Below the pieces are notes generated by a model. The model was not told the origin of the DNA and made no database searches. It worked only from the letters and a program-made list of their open reading frames with translations. A program made the translations under genes and the position numbers. A DNA stretch of 43,724 nucleotides from a virus (lineage: Duplodnaviria > Heunggongvirae > Uroviricota > Caudoviricetes), in IMG/VR virus record IMGVR_UViG_2529293015_000003. One strand, 5' to 3'. How positions within the stretch are numbered: the stretch's first letter is position 1; each line of letters begins with the position of its first letter. Shown here piece after piece: positions 30,087 to 40,072 of the stretch.

Positions 30087-30155
30087 TTTTTCTCCAAATT
30101 TGCATCAACCTTCAATCATCAGCTCGAAATGGTGATTCTTTGCACTTAGAAAACG

Positions 30156-30172
30156 AAATTTATTAGAGCAAA
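30156..30172 (-). promoter_or_regulatory. C1-repressor-type operator (16/17) upstream of the kilA-like operon
   Basis: Plus strand reads AAATTTATTAGAGCAAA. Confidence 0.5.
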
Positions 30173-30250
30173 TTTTTCTAACTCGATCCAGATCGGGTTG
30201 GTCGATCTGCTCAGAAACCTGCCAGTTTGCTGGCAGGTTTTTTTCTTTTG

Positions 30251-31294
30251 TTAACCTATTGCTACTGGTTTTAACAAACCAGCATCAAGTAGCTTACGAG
30301 TTAACCACTGCTGGCCTTTACCCGTTAATTGGGGCGTCAGCCGTATCTGGTAGCCATTTTCATCATCCAGCACCACTTCTTTCACCGTGAAATACCCGGC
30401 GTTAATGTACTGCTGGCGCGGTACGTTTTTGCGCGCACCAAAAGCCATGAGAATGCCGTTCTGGCGCAACCATGAGAAAAGGGCGTTTTGCTTAAGTCCA
30501 ACGACCTTTGCAAAGTTCCCGATCAGGATTCCATTGGCCACTGATACCCGGTCGGCAAAATCGACTTTAGGGGCTGCGGCCACCAGCTGTTGTTCCAGCT
30601 GCATTTTCTGTTCTGCCAACTCGGCAGCCAGGCGTAGAGCTTCTGGTAATGTTTGGGGGATCGATGGGGCAGGGGAGTTTGCCTGCTGCAATTCTTCCAG
30701 TTTGTCGATCAGCGAACGGCGGACGGCTTTTGATTCGCGTGCGGCGACTCGCAGGGCTTGTTTGTAGGTCATGGTTATGACAACCATAGGCGTACCGCCA
30801 CCTGGCGGCACGGTTGCACTTTTTGTGTAACCGTCCTCACCTTCTAATTCGTCGAGTATTTTTTCGATGAATTTGTTGTTCCGAACCTCTGGTTCCCCAC
30901 ATAACTTACGCGCTTCATTGACCATCTTTAACAGTGTCAGGCTGTCGATTGTGTCTCCGGTGTTGGGGATGATATTCACGGCTGGTGCTGGCGTAGCTGA
31001 CGTAACAGGTGCTGTTTTTTCAACATTCAAATTATTACCGGTCATTCTATGTGCCTCCTTTCTCATTTCTGCTGCCACTGTTGCGTAACGTAGACGTCCT
31101 TGTTCAATCAAATAATCCCTGATCTCGGCTATCAGTAGCCTGTTGATCACAGCCTTATCTGTTCGGGTATAAAAACGTCTGGTTATCATGAAATAGTTGG
31201 CAATTGCGCCGGGGATCTCCCGTGTCGGCATACAGGCAGTATGCAGGGCGATCGCTTCGGCTATTTCATTACGGGTGACGAGAGGTGTTTTCAT
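30251..31294 (-). CDS. Antirepressor Ant-like protein (KilAC-type C-terminal domain)
   Basis: 347 aa; shares its C-terminal domain with the kilA-like ORF; its start overlaps the stop of the upstream small ORF (ATGA). Confidence 0.6.
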   Translation of the reverse strand: MKTPLVTRNEIAEAIALHTACMPTREIPGAIANYFMITRRFYTRTDKAVINRLLIAEIRDYLIEQGRLRYATVAAEMRKEAHRMTGNNLNVEKTAPVTSATPAPAVNIIPNTGDTIDSLTLLKMVNEARKLCGEPEVRNNKFIEKILDELEGEDGYTKSATVPPGGGTPMVVITMTYKQALRVAARESKAVRRSLIDKLEELQQANSPAPSIPQTLPEALRLAAELAEQKMQLEQQLVAAAPKVDFADRVSVANGILIGNFAKVVGLKQNALFSWLRQNGILMAFGARKNVPRQQYINAGYFTVKEVVLDDENGYQIRLTPQLTGKGQQWLTRKLLDAGLLKPVAIG

Positions 31295-31512
31295 AAACCC
31301 CCCTGAACGTCGGCAGAGAAGGGGAGGCTCCAGTAACTAAGTGAATTGCGCGAATTAGTTGAAAAACGGGCTGTAAAAATGCAGGGGCCATCAGGCAATT
31401 GAGAGCGTGCTTCGTCTTCTGTTGCTGCGATAACGAAGTGATAGTGGTGTTTTTGGCAGGAGTAAAAGCGCCAGATAAATTCAGGATGAGTAGGGGTAGG
31501 GATAGTAGCCAC
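31291..31512 (-). CDS. Icd-like small ORF translationally coupled to the ant-like gene
   Basis: 73 codons, GTG start with AAGGAGG SD 8 nt upstream; stop overlaps the ant ATG. An alternative overlapping 81-codon frame (31269..31514) exists. Confidence 0.4.
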   Translation of the reverse strand: MATIPTPTHPEFIWRFYSCQKHHYHFVIAATEDEARSQLPDGPCIFTARFSTNSRNSLSYWSLPFSADVQGGL

Positions 31513-31555
31513 AATGGCAGCCTCCTTTTGCTAATTTAAGGAGCTACCGCGTGAG

Positions 31556-31640
31556 GTTCCAATCTCAATGGCGGTAGCACTGACTGGGTTGGAACTACCG
31601 GCGCAAAAGGGAACCGGCCTGCCTTTCGGCAGCCCAGCCA
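31556..31640 (-). ncRNA. c4-like antisense RNA region (immI-type translational repressor); limits approximate
   Basis: Minus-strand GCUACCGCC is complementary to GCGGUAGC just upstream of the icd-like SD and to a related GCCGGUAGUUCC segment upstream, matching the a1b1/c4/a2b2 layout recalled for P1. Confidence 0.35.
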
Positions 31641-31846
31641 GCACTACCATTGATCTCGGAGCTATGTGCTACGTATGGCTGTGCGATGGCATGACACAAA
31701 AAAAGACGCTTTTGGCGTCTGTGTCGCCTTTTGCATTATCCGGGGTTCCAATCCCAGCATCCGTTTTACTAAGATGCCTGTTTAGGATAAACCGAAAATG
31801 CATTAGCACGCAAGCAAGTTAATGTAGCATATGAAGCTAAAAAAAT

Positions 31847-31863
31847 AAAATAATTAGAGCAAC
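31847..31863 (-). promoter_or_regulatory. Degenerate C1-type operator (14/17) at the immI-like promoter
   Basis: Plus strand reads AAAATAATTAGAGCAAC. Confidence 0.35.
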
Positions 31864-32009
31864 TTGCAACCATGTGAATTATTTCTCTGGTAACTAAAAT
31901 GTATGAGTTTAATTGATATGGGTCAAAGATTTTGACCATTGCATGGTGAAACTGTATGCTACAAAATGTTATTTTAAGGCGTTTTATCTGTGGCAGGAGA
32001 TAGTTAATC

Positions 32010-32360
32010 ATGTCATCTGAACATGTTCGTAAAGGTGTAACAAATGCGAAATTCAATGAAGAGCAATCTAATATTCTCTTTATTGAAATAGGAATTCTGT
32101 CAATACTGATAGGTTTAATGTCTAAATCATGGTGGGCCTTTGGCGGTTCTTTTCTTGGACTGATTTTTAGTTTAAGAATAAAATTTCTGGCAATACCATT
32201 GATGATTGTATTTAGCTTAGTATGGGGAGCTATTGGCTATAGTATTGGTACTTTGTTTGAATCAACAGCAGCAAGTATTGTTTTGGGGGTAATTGCTTTC
32301 CTGAGTGGTTTGGGTACTCATTTTGCGGCCGTGCAATGGGCAAATGATATTGCAGAATAA
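32010..32360 (+). CDS. Small polytopic inner-membrane protein (116 aa)
   Basis: AGGAGA SD; three hydrophobic helices; AT-rich gene. Confidence 0.55.
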   Translation: MSSEHVRKGVTNAKFNEEQSNILFIEIGILSILIGLMSKSWWAFGGSFLGLIFSLRIKFLAIPLMIVFSLVWGAIGYSIGTLFESTAASIVLGVIAFLSGLGTHFAAVQWANDIAE

Positions 32361-32382
32361 TTACAGATAAGAAGCGAAAAGA

Positions 32383-32859
32383 ATGAATATGAGATGGTTT
32401 TTATTATTTGTATCGTTAGTTTCAGCAGGAACATTTGCAAAAATAGATCCTCTACAATGGAATGTAATTGAAGAGAGAGGGGGGAGAGAATATACAATCC
32501 ATAATCATAATGGTGATAAGATAAGTTTTTTATGTGATATGGGATTCATGTATGGTTCACCAGATAGTGCAGGTAGTTTAGGCTTGTTGCTAAGTTCGTC
32601 GAATAATAAAAAAGAGTATAATGCTGACAAGAATAAAATAGTATTAACTATAGATGGTGAGCAATATCCTTTTAGCAATCTTGGATCAATGGTTGGAGAT
32701 TCTTGGTGGTATGCCTTTTGGCAAGATGCAGCAGATTCAAATGCTAATATGATTGATGCTTATGTTGATAATGAAAAAATTGCTACATTCCCTCTTTCTG
32801 GGCTAAGTAAGTTGTATCAACAAGCCAAAATGGATGGATGTATTAAACGAGGCAAATGA
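32383..32859 (+). CDS. Secreted/periplasmic protein (158 aa) with signal peptide
   Basis: MNMRWFLLFVSLVSAGTFA followed by a likely signal-peptidase I site before KIDP; AT-rich gene. Confidence 0.55.
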   Translation: MNMRWFLLFVSLVSAGTFAKIDPLQWNVIEERGGREYTIHNHNGDKISFLCDMGFMYGSPDSAGSLGLLLSSSNNKKEYNADKNKIVLTIDGEQYPFSNLGSMVGDSWWYAFWQDAADSNANMIDAYVDNEKIATFPLSGLSKLYQQAKMDGCIKRGK

Positions 32860-32933
32860 TCTTTCTGTGTTAAAGATTAACGCAATCAATAAAACATTGG
32901 TTGCGTAGTATTCTATTATATAAATGGAATAAT

Positions 32934-33968
32934 ATGACAAAAATTACTAATTCTAATGAGTTGAAGTTACTGTATAAACAGTCAGTGCTCATTCCATCAT
33001 ACAAAGATCACGTAGCGATCTTGCAAAAACAATTAGGAATAGAAAAACATTCTTTTCAAAATATGACAAGATTGAATAGACAAGCTGTAATTAGTAACTC
33101 TCTTCGAAAACAATTGGCTAGTATGCCGAACTTGGCTGGAATAGGCAGCAAGTATCGTGAACATATCGCGATTTTACAGAAACAGACTCAGGCTCTTTTC
33201 CCTCATGACGCAAATAGATATATTCAAATGCTAAGGAAACAGGCCGAAATAGCTATGCCATTACGAAAACAGCTTGAGGTGCTTAATAAGCAAGCTGGTT
33301 TAAATAACATGCAAGCGATACTTAAAGAATTACAACAAAGTGCAAGTTATAAAATAGATGTAAGCCAAGACATAAAGAAAGTACTAGATCACTATGCTAG
33401 AACAAGAAATGCTTCATTACATCAAATAATAGAGCAGGGGATTTCATCTATTGCGCAGGCTTATGCTGAAGGTGCTACTGAAACATCACACACCAAAAGT
33501 AATGTTCAAAACAAAGGATTAAATAAACCTAGCTCAAAGTTTGTTGATTCATTTAAAGAGCTTCCTTATCCTCTGCAATGGTTACTAATGGTTATATTTT
33601 CTCAAGTTGTGTTTGGTGCTTTTATTGATTACGGAAAAGAGAAAACCTTGCTGGGAATACACAAGGCAGAATCATATTTTATATCTCTGTTTGAGGATAA
33701 ACCAATATCAAAGCAACAATTAATTAAAGAAAACAAAGAAATTAGTTGGGAAGATCTCAATGGTTTTCGTTTTATAACTGGTGAGAACGTAAGATTACAC
33801 GTCAGTCCTTCTATAAATAGTGAGGTGATTGAATGCATTGGCAAAAATACTATAGTGGCTGTTTTAGATAAAAAAGATCGCCAATGGCTTTTCGTGCAGG
33901 TTAAATCAGGGGACGAGTTTATTACTGGATGGATTACACGAACATACACAAAGCCTCTTAAGGCTTGA
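32934..33968 (+). CDS. Bitopic membrane protein: repeat-containing N-terminal domain, one TM helix, C-terminal SH3b-like domain
   Basis: Internal tandem repeats (HVAILQKQ...LRKQLASMPNLAG and HIAILQKQ...LRKQLEVLNKQAG), TM helix LQWLLMVIFSQVVFGAFIDY, SH3b-like C-terminus; ATG at 32934 chosen over the track's TTG at 32901. Confidence 0.5.
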   Translation: MTKITNSNELKLLYKQSVLIPSYKDHVAILQKQLGIEKHSFQNMTRLNRQAVISNSLRKQLASMPNLAGIGSKYREHIAILQKQTQALFPHDANRYIQMLRKQAEIAMPLRKQLEVLNKQAGLNNMQAILKELQQSASYKIDVSQDIKKVLDHYARTRNASLHQIIEQGISSIAQAYAEGATETSHTKSNVQNKGLNKPSSKFVDSFKELPYPLQWLLMVIFSQVVFGAFIDYGKEKTLLGIHKAESYFISLFEDKPISKQQLIKENKEISWEDLNGFRFITGENVRLHVSPSINSEVIECIGKNTIVAVLDKKDRQWLFVQVKSGDEFITGWITRTYTKPLKA

Positions 33969-34098
33969 ATTTTATCACCGTATCTTGGGGCTGGGTGTTG
34001 ATGACGATGTGCTACTTGAAGCACTTGAGTTGTTTTAACATAGTATCTGAAATGTGTAGACTGACCGGTAACAAATGACAACTCGTAGAATCGGTTAA

Positions 34099-34689
<591 letters not shown>

Positions 34690-34699
34690 GGGAGCTGAT

Positions 34700-35311
34700 A
34701 TGGGGCTTAATGTTGCTTCAGTAAAGTCTTATGTATCTTCGGCATTAACGACGACATTATTTGGCTCCGGCGTTGGTGAGCGGGAAGTTGGTAAGCTGAC
34801 GTCAATCATCATGAACAAAATGCTGTTCGCGCAAGGATGGCAGTTCTCTGTCGAAGTTGATGGACTGGAGGGAGCAGACTTCTTTGCCAAAGATATTACC
34901 TACCACGATTACAGCATCGAATATGAAACGATTAAAATCGGTGGAGGGAATATCCTTCAACCAACGGAGCGTTCGCCAGGGCAGATAACAATGATGGTCA
35001 GGGATACCGTTGATGGCCTCGTTTTGGACTGGTTTAAGACGGCAAAAAGTCGGGTGATCAATCCGGACGGTACCGGGAATATACCGTCTAAATATTTGCT
35101 CAATGTGCGTATTTATCGGTTGCTGTCCTCCGGTTTAACCAAACTGGAAAATGAGATGACGGTATTCCCGGTCACTACCGGCGATGTCACCTATGCGCGA
35201 GATCAGGTTACTGAATTTAAGTCATTCCCAATGACCTTCGCATTGCACAGCACGTTTAACCAATCCTCAAGTTCTTTGGCTTCCCTTTTGGGCTTTAGCT
35301 TTTCTCTTTGA
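34700..35311 (+). CDS. Tail tube-like protein (by size and position)
   Basis: 203 aa ORF two genes upstream of the sit-like gene; assignment by synteny only. Confidence 0.4.
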   Translation: MGLNVASVKSYVSSALTTTLFGSGVGEREVGKLTSIIMNKMLFAQGWQFSVEVDGLEGADFFAKDITYHDYSIEYETIKIGGGNILQPTERSPGQITMMVRDTVDGLVLDWFKTAKSRVINPDGTGNIPSKYLLNVRIYRLLSSGLTKLENEMTVFPVTTGDVTYARDQVTEFKSFPMTFALHSTFNQSSSSLASLLGFSFSL

Positions 35312-35325
35312 ATTAAGGAGCAAGG

Positions 35326-36207
35326 ATGCTTTTACCTCTTTTCCCGCTACCATCGCGGCCAACTGAATTGATCCAGTTCCGTCAGCCAAATATTGCTGAT
35401 GCGATGCGTTTCAACTCGATAACACCGGAGGAACAAGAACAACAGACAACGGCGTATTTAAAAGCCTTGCTGGCTGAACCCGCGAAACATGATCCCCTGA
35501 CATGGACGGCGCAGGACCGGATTACCGCGTTATGGTGGATATTTACCGGCTCCCGTGAAACACCGGTCGAGACATTCACCTACACCTGTAAACATTGCGG
35601 TAAAGAGCATTATTACGATTGCGATATGAATGCTCTGGCTGAAGATATCCAGGTCCTGGAAGTGGAACCGTTCATTGACGATATTGAGGTGTCTGTAGAG
35701 GGCGTGCCTTATCAATGGCGTATCGTGCCGCTTGATGGTTGGGCAATGGAAATGCTGGAGATGCGCCGTGCAGCATTGCCACCTGAAGACGACGCGGAAT
35801 TCAAAGAAGCGATCGTTGATTTGCGTTTTTGGGAATTCGCTTATCAGTGTGAACTTTATAACGATGTTAGCGGTACTCGTGAAGAGCAGGCTGAGCGTCG
35901 TTATGAAACGATCAAACGGATGGCCATTGATACTGAATTTATGAAGCTGGCGGCACACATCCGGCTGGCTCATGAAAAGCTCGAACATGGTTTACCGTGC
36001 TACATCGATAAAGGCGAAATGCGTCTTCGTCTCCCGCCGCACAAATGCCCAAACCAGGATACAAAGGAGTCCACAGAGGGTGCGTATACCCGTCTGTGGG
36101 TGCCCTTTCGGGCTACCGACTTCATTCCACAGGTGGGGATTGAAAAGCTATCAGACCTTAGTGTCCAACCTGGTTTTGTATGGGGGTATACCGATTCAGG
36201 ACGCTGA
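35326..36207 (+). CDS. Tail-region hypothetical protein
   Basis: 293 aa ORF. Confidence 0.5.
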   Translation: MLLPLFPLPSRPTELIQFRQPNIADAMRFNSITPEEQEQQTTAYLKALLAEPAKHDPLTWTAQDRITALWWIFTGSRETPVETFTYTCKHCGKEHYYDCDMNALAEDIQVLEVEPFIDDIEVSVEGVPYQWRIVPLDGWAMEMLEMRRAALPPEDDAEFKEAIVDLRFWEFAYQCELYNDVSGTREEQAERRYETIKRMAIDTEFMKLAAHIRLAHEKLEHGLPCYIDKGEMRLRLPPHKCPNQDTKESTEGAYTRLWVPFRATDFIPQVGIEKLSDLSVQPGFVWGYTDSGR

Positions 36208-36288
36208 AAGGCTCACTGAATCCTATGCGTTTTTCCTGTTGGAGAAACTGGAAGAAAAACTTAAACCGAAGCGGTAGGCGATAAGATC

Positions 36289-39200
36289 ATGGAAAGAAAA
36301 AACGCCAACATTGACGATGTGATAAGGACGGTTGAAACCGCCAGCGCAAAAGAGCTGGAAGAGCTTGCAGGTATTCGGGAAGCCGTTGAAGATTTGAAAG
36401 GGGGGCGAGTTGCTACAGTTGATCCTGTCTCTCGCAGTGTGTCGGCATTAAATCGCACAATCGAAAATTCCCGGCCAGACTTTGTGGCCAATGCGCCATC
36501 AGTGGACCCTATTGTTGAGGCAATGAAACGGCTTAATTTAGGGGACGTTTCTCGTGTAGTTCAGGAGGATGTTGCTCTACAGGAACCGCAGGCCAAATCA
36601 ACTACGCGAAAGGATAAAAAACGACGCAAGAAGGCTATAACAGCAGATGTAAAGGCGCAACGGACCGAAGCAGCCGAACACGCTCGCGAAATGTTCGGTC
36701 AAAAAGGCGGTGCGCAAAAAAGCCAAAACCAACGCGATGCGCGTGGTCGTTTTATTGGAAAGTCAGGGAGTAAGGCCGCAGCGGAAGATGCCCGTGCTGA
36801 ACGTGCTGAAAAGGCCAGGCGCAAAGAGGATGATGAGCGTCTAAATGCTGAATCAGGTTTATTAAAAAAACTGTCAAAAGTAGCTGAAGGCATAGGTAAC
36901 CCTTCAGAGACTCGTGCCGTCGATGCGTTAGGTTATGCCGTTGCTGGTCCATTGTGGGCAGCAGGGAAGGAGCTTGGCGGGATATCAAAAGAAGTTGGTG
37001 GATCGCTTAATGGTGCCAGAAAGTCTATTGCCGATGTGATTCGTGGCAATGACGATAACAGCCGTAGAAAAGGTTTTTTAGGCGTAAATCGCAAAATAGT
37101 GCCGATGTCGTTCAGGTTAACACCCAAAAACGGACGGTTCAGGAGCTTCAGGAGCAGACCAGCGAAATTAAAGAGGGCAATGACAAGATTCTCAGCGCCC
37201 TTGATCAGATAGCCAAAAACACCGGGAAAAAGAAGGGCGGCTTGCTGTCCAAACTATTTAGCCTGTTAGGGAAGGGGGCCGGAGGTATTGCTTCCCTTAT
37301 TTTTGGCCGTGGGGCACTAAAGAAAGTTGGCTCGATGGCACTAGGTGCTTTAGGTATAAAAAAAGTTGCAAGCTTATTGGGCTTTGGTGGAAAAAAAGCT
37401 GCTGCCAAAGAAGCTGGCGAATTGGCTACTCGCGGTGCCGGAAAACTTGCAACTAAGGGATTGGGGAAACTAGGTGTTAAGGCGCTTGCAAAGGGGGCTT
37501 TACGCGCAATTCCGCTAGTCGGCACGGTGGCTGGAGGTATCTATGATGCGGTAACCGGTTGGAATGATACAGAAGCACAACGTCGGGCGTTTGGGCTTAA
37601 AGATGGAGAAAATCCATCTTTTCAGCAAAAAGCAGCCTATACGCTGGCTAATGTTCTCGATATGGGGGGGTTGGTATCTGGTATTAGCAGCGCCATTGGC
37701 GGTGTTCTCAAATCACTTGGATTTGAGGATATCGGTAATATGTTACAATCATTTTCGACGGAAAGTATTGCACAGGCCATTGATAGTGGGATTACCAGTT
37801 TAGAAACGTATATTTCTAACCTTGGTGACACTATATCCACGACATTTAGTGATTATACCGCAAAGATTGGTGATGCTATATCTGCATGGTTCAGTGACAC
37901 TACAAAGAATCTGAACGAAAAATTAGACGCCATCAAAAACTTCTTTACTGTCGATAACCTGAAACAGGTTTTCAGTGATGCAATTAATAGTGCAATTGAT
38001 TTCATTAAGAACCCAGGGAAATACATTAAAGAGGCTGGCAGTAATCTATGGAGTGCCGCAAAAGAGCTTTCAGGTGAAGTTGTAGATGCCGCTGTTCAGA
38101 GCACCCCTGTAGCCTGGGTTGCATCAAAGCTAGTCAAAAAAGCGGATGCGAAAGAGGTTAAACCTGAATTAAAAACACCTGCTAAAGAAAGTCAGGAGGG
38201 CAATGCTCCTAAAACTGAATATACCCCTAAAAAGGCTAATATTGTCACTCGTGTTGTAAATGCATCCCTAGATACAGCGAAAGATAGCAATAAAACAGTT
38301 AAAGAAACTGCCAATCAGATTATCAAGGCAAATGCCGTAGAAACGGGCAATCGCGCGTTGCAGAAAATTGATAATGCTATTGGTCAAAATAGCTCATCAT
38401 CATCGTCGCTTAATACTACTGGCACCAGGAATGACATTCAGAAAGCTGCGGATACCTACAACAATGGCAACTTGGATGTAAAAGTCGGAAGCCTTGGCGC
38501 TGAAGGTAAGGCAAATCTCGATAAGTTGGCTCCGTATTTTGCTGAACTAGAGAATAAATATGGCCTTCCTGAAGGTACTCTTTACGCGATCGCTGCAACT
38601 GAATCTGGTGGTGATCCTAACGCAAAATCTACGCTTACAAGATCACCAAATGGAAAGCTAAGTGGTGGCGCTCTCGGAATGTTCCAGTTTACGAGCGTTG
38701 CTCGTGAGGAAACTGGATTATCCCGGGAAGATTCTTTTAATCCGGAAAAATCGGCAGAAGCTGCGGCTCTTCTCATGAGCAAGTATCTGAAGCAAGCCAA
38801 TGGAGACTTAAACGAGGCCATCACTGCATATAACGCTGGGTTTGGCACTATCAATAAGTGGAAAAAAGGCACAGGTGACTTATCGAAAGAAAACCGTGAG
38901 TACGCGATCAAGGTCAATACTCATCGTGCTCGCTATTTAGGTGGTGAAATCTATACACCTGGAGCAGGAGCACAGGGTGGGGCGCAATATGGAGTGAGGG
39001 GACCACTGCCTGATAACGCCGTTATCGATCAGTCTACTGGCTTGGCGTTTACCCCTGGTGATAGCCCGTTTGAGAAAGGCGGTCTGGTAGACAAAATTGG
39101 CAATGCTGTTGGCGTTAACGATCTGGTCAACAAATTCATGAATGGCCGGGGTATGCGTCGGGAAGTCGTTCAGGGAACGCTCGAAGAACGTGCACGAGGG

Positions 39201-39716
39201 AAGGGGACCGCAACAGCAGCTGGCAATGTGTATGTTGATACTCCGATGCCAGTTGAAGAGGCGCGTCCGGTGGCCAGCAACTCAAGTTACTTTGACCAAC
39301 TCGGCGCACAAATGGGGATTGATGGACTGTATGACAAACTCATTAATGCCCGGGGAATGCGCTCAAATAATTCTCCTCAACCAGCTTCCACGTCCCAGAT
39401 GACGACTGCCGCCAACGATTTGCAGCAACCAACTGGTCGTATGCAGATAGACGGGCAGGTTATTAGTGACCTTGGCGGTTCCGGTGCCAAGCCGACAATG
39501 CAGTTGGCTGATAATACCGTTTCACTTGATGGTGAAACGAAGCGGCTGTTTGCGCAGATGACCTCATTGCTTGCCAGGATTGAAGAGCACACCAAAGACT
39601 CGGCGAAAGGCCAGGGAACTGTCGTAAAGGTCAGCACGCCTCAGCCGGGCGTTATGCGCACGGTACCACTGTCAATTGATGATCCGTTGATGAATGACTA
39701 CGCGAGAGTTGATTGA
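36289..39716 (+). CDS. sit: Sit-like tail protein with lytic transglycosylase domain (tape measure/injection protein), interrupted by a -1 frameshift at 37074-37080
   Basis: ORFs 36289..37212 and 37242..39716; the downstream frame is open from 37068; slippery heptamer T TTT TTA at 37074-37080; SLT-like motifs AIAATESGGDPNA, LGMFQFT, AYNAGFGTINKW. Confidence 0.6.
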
Positions 39717-40072
39717 TGGCCAACAATAACGAAATTGATCCTTTGCTGACGCTGGAGTTATCCGGCGTAAAAACGTATGAGTCCCAGGAGGAGGCCTGGG
39801 GCGCTCGTTTATATGAGTGGCTAAACACTTATCAGGGTGAGGTATACGGGGATCCGTCATGGGGCAATGTTTTACCGCAGTTTAAACACGAACCGACCAA
39901 CTTGTCGCATGTTCAAATTGCGGTTGAGGCAATGCTGTTGCAAAAACTGACGGTAGATTTACCTGACATACCGATTTCTGGCTTGTCAGTAGCCGAGGGA
40001 GATGCTTTTGATAAGTTGAAAATATCCATTCGTATCAGGGATATAACTATCACACAGGACGTGGTGCTATGA
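39713..40072 (+). CDS. Tail/baseplate-region hypothetical protein
   Basis: 119 aa; start overlaps the sit-like stop and its stop overlaps the next gene. Confidence 0.5.
   Translation: MMANNNEIDPLLTLELSGVKTYESQEEAWGARLYEWLNTYQGEVYGDPSWGNVLPQFKHEPTNLSHVQIAVEAMLLQKLTVDLPDIPISGLSVAEGDAFDKLKISIRIRDITITQDVVL

Noticed and set aside
31697-31725. Terminator-like hairpin GACGC-caaaa-GCGTC with a T7 run on the minus strand, nested in a GACACA/TGTGTC outer stem
   Set aside because: The U-run lies inside the larger palindrome rather than after it, so it is not a clean intrinsic terminator; noted as part of the immI-like leader structure but not called.
36289-39716. Interpreting the two sit ORFs as a G/GT-type tail chaperone frameshift pair
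   Set aside because: The upstream ORF is far too long (about 260 codons before the slip site) and the downstream part carries the transglycosylase domain, so this is one tail protein gene with a frame break rather than the short-chaperone/long-chaperone arrangement.
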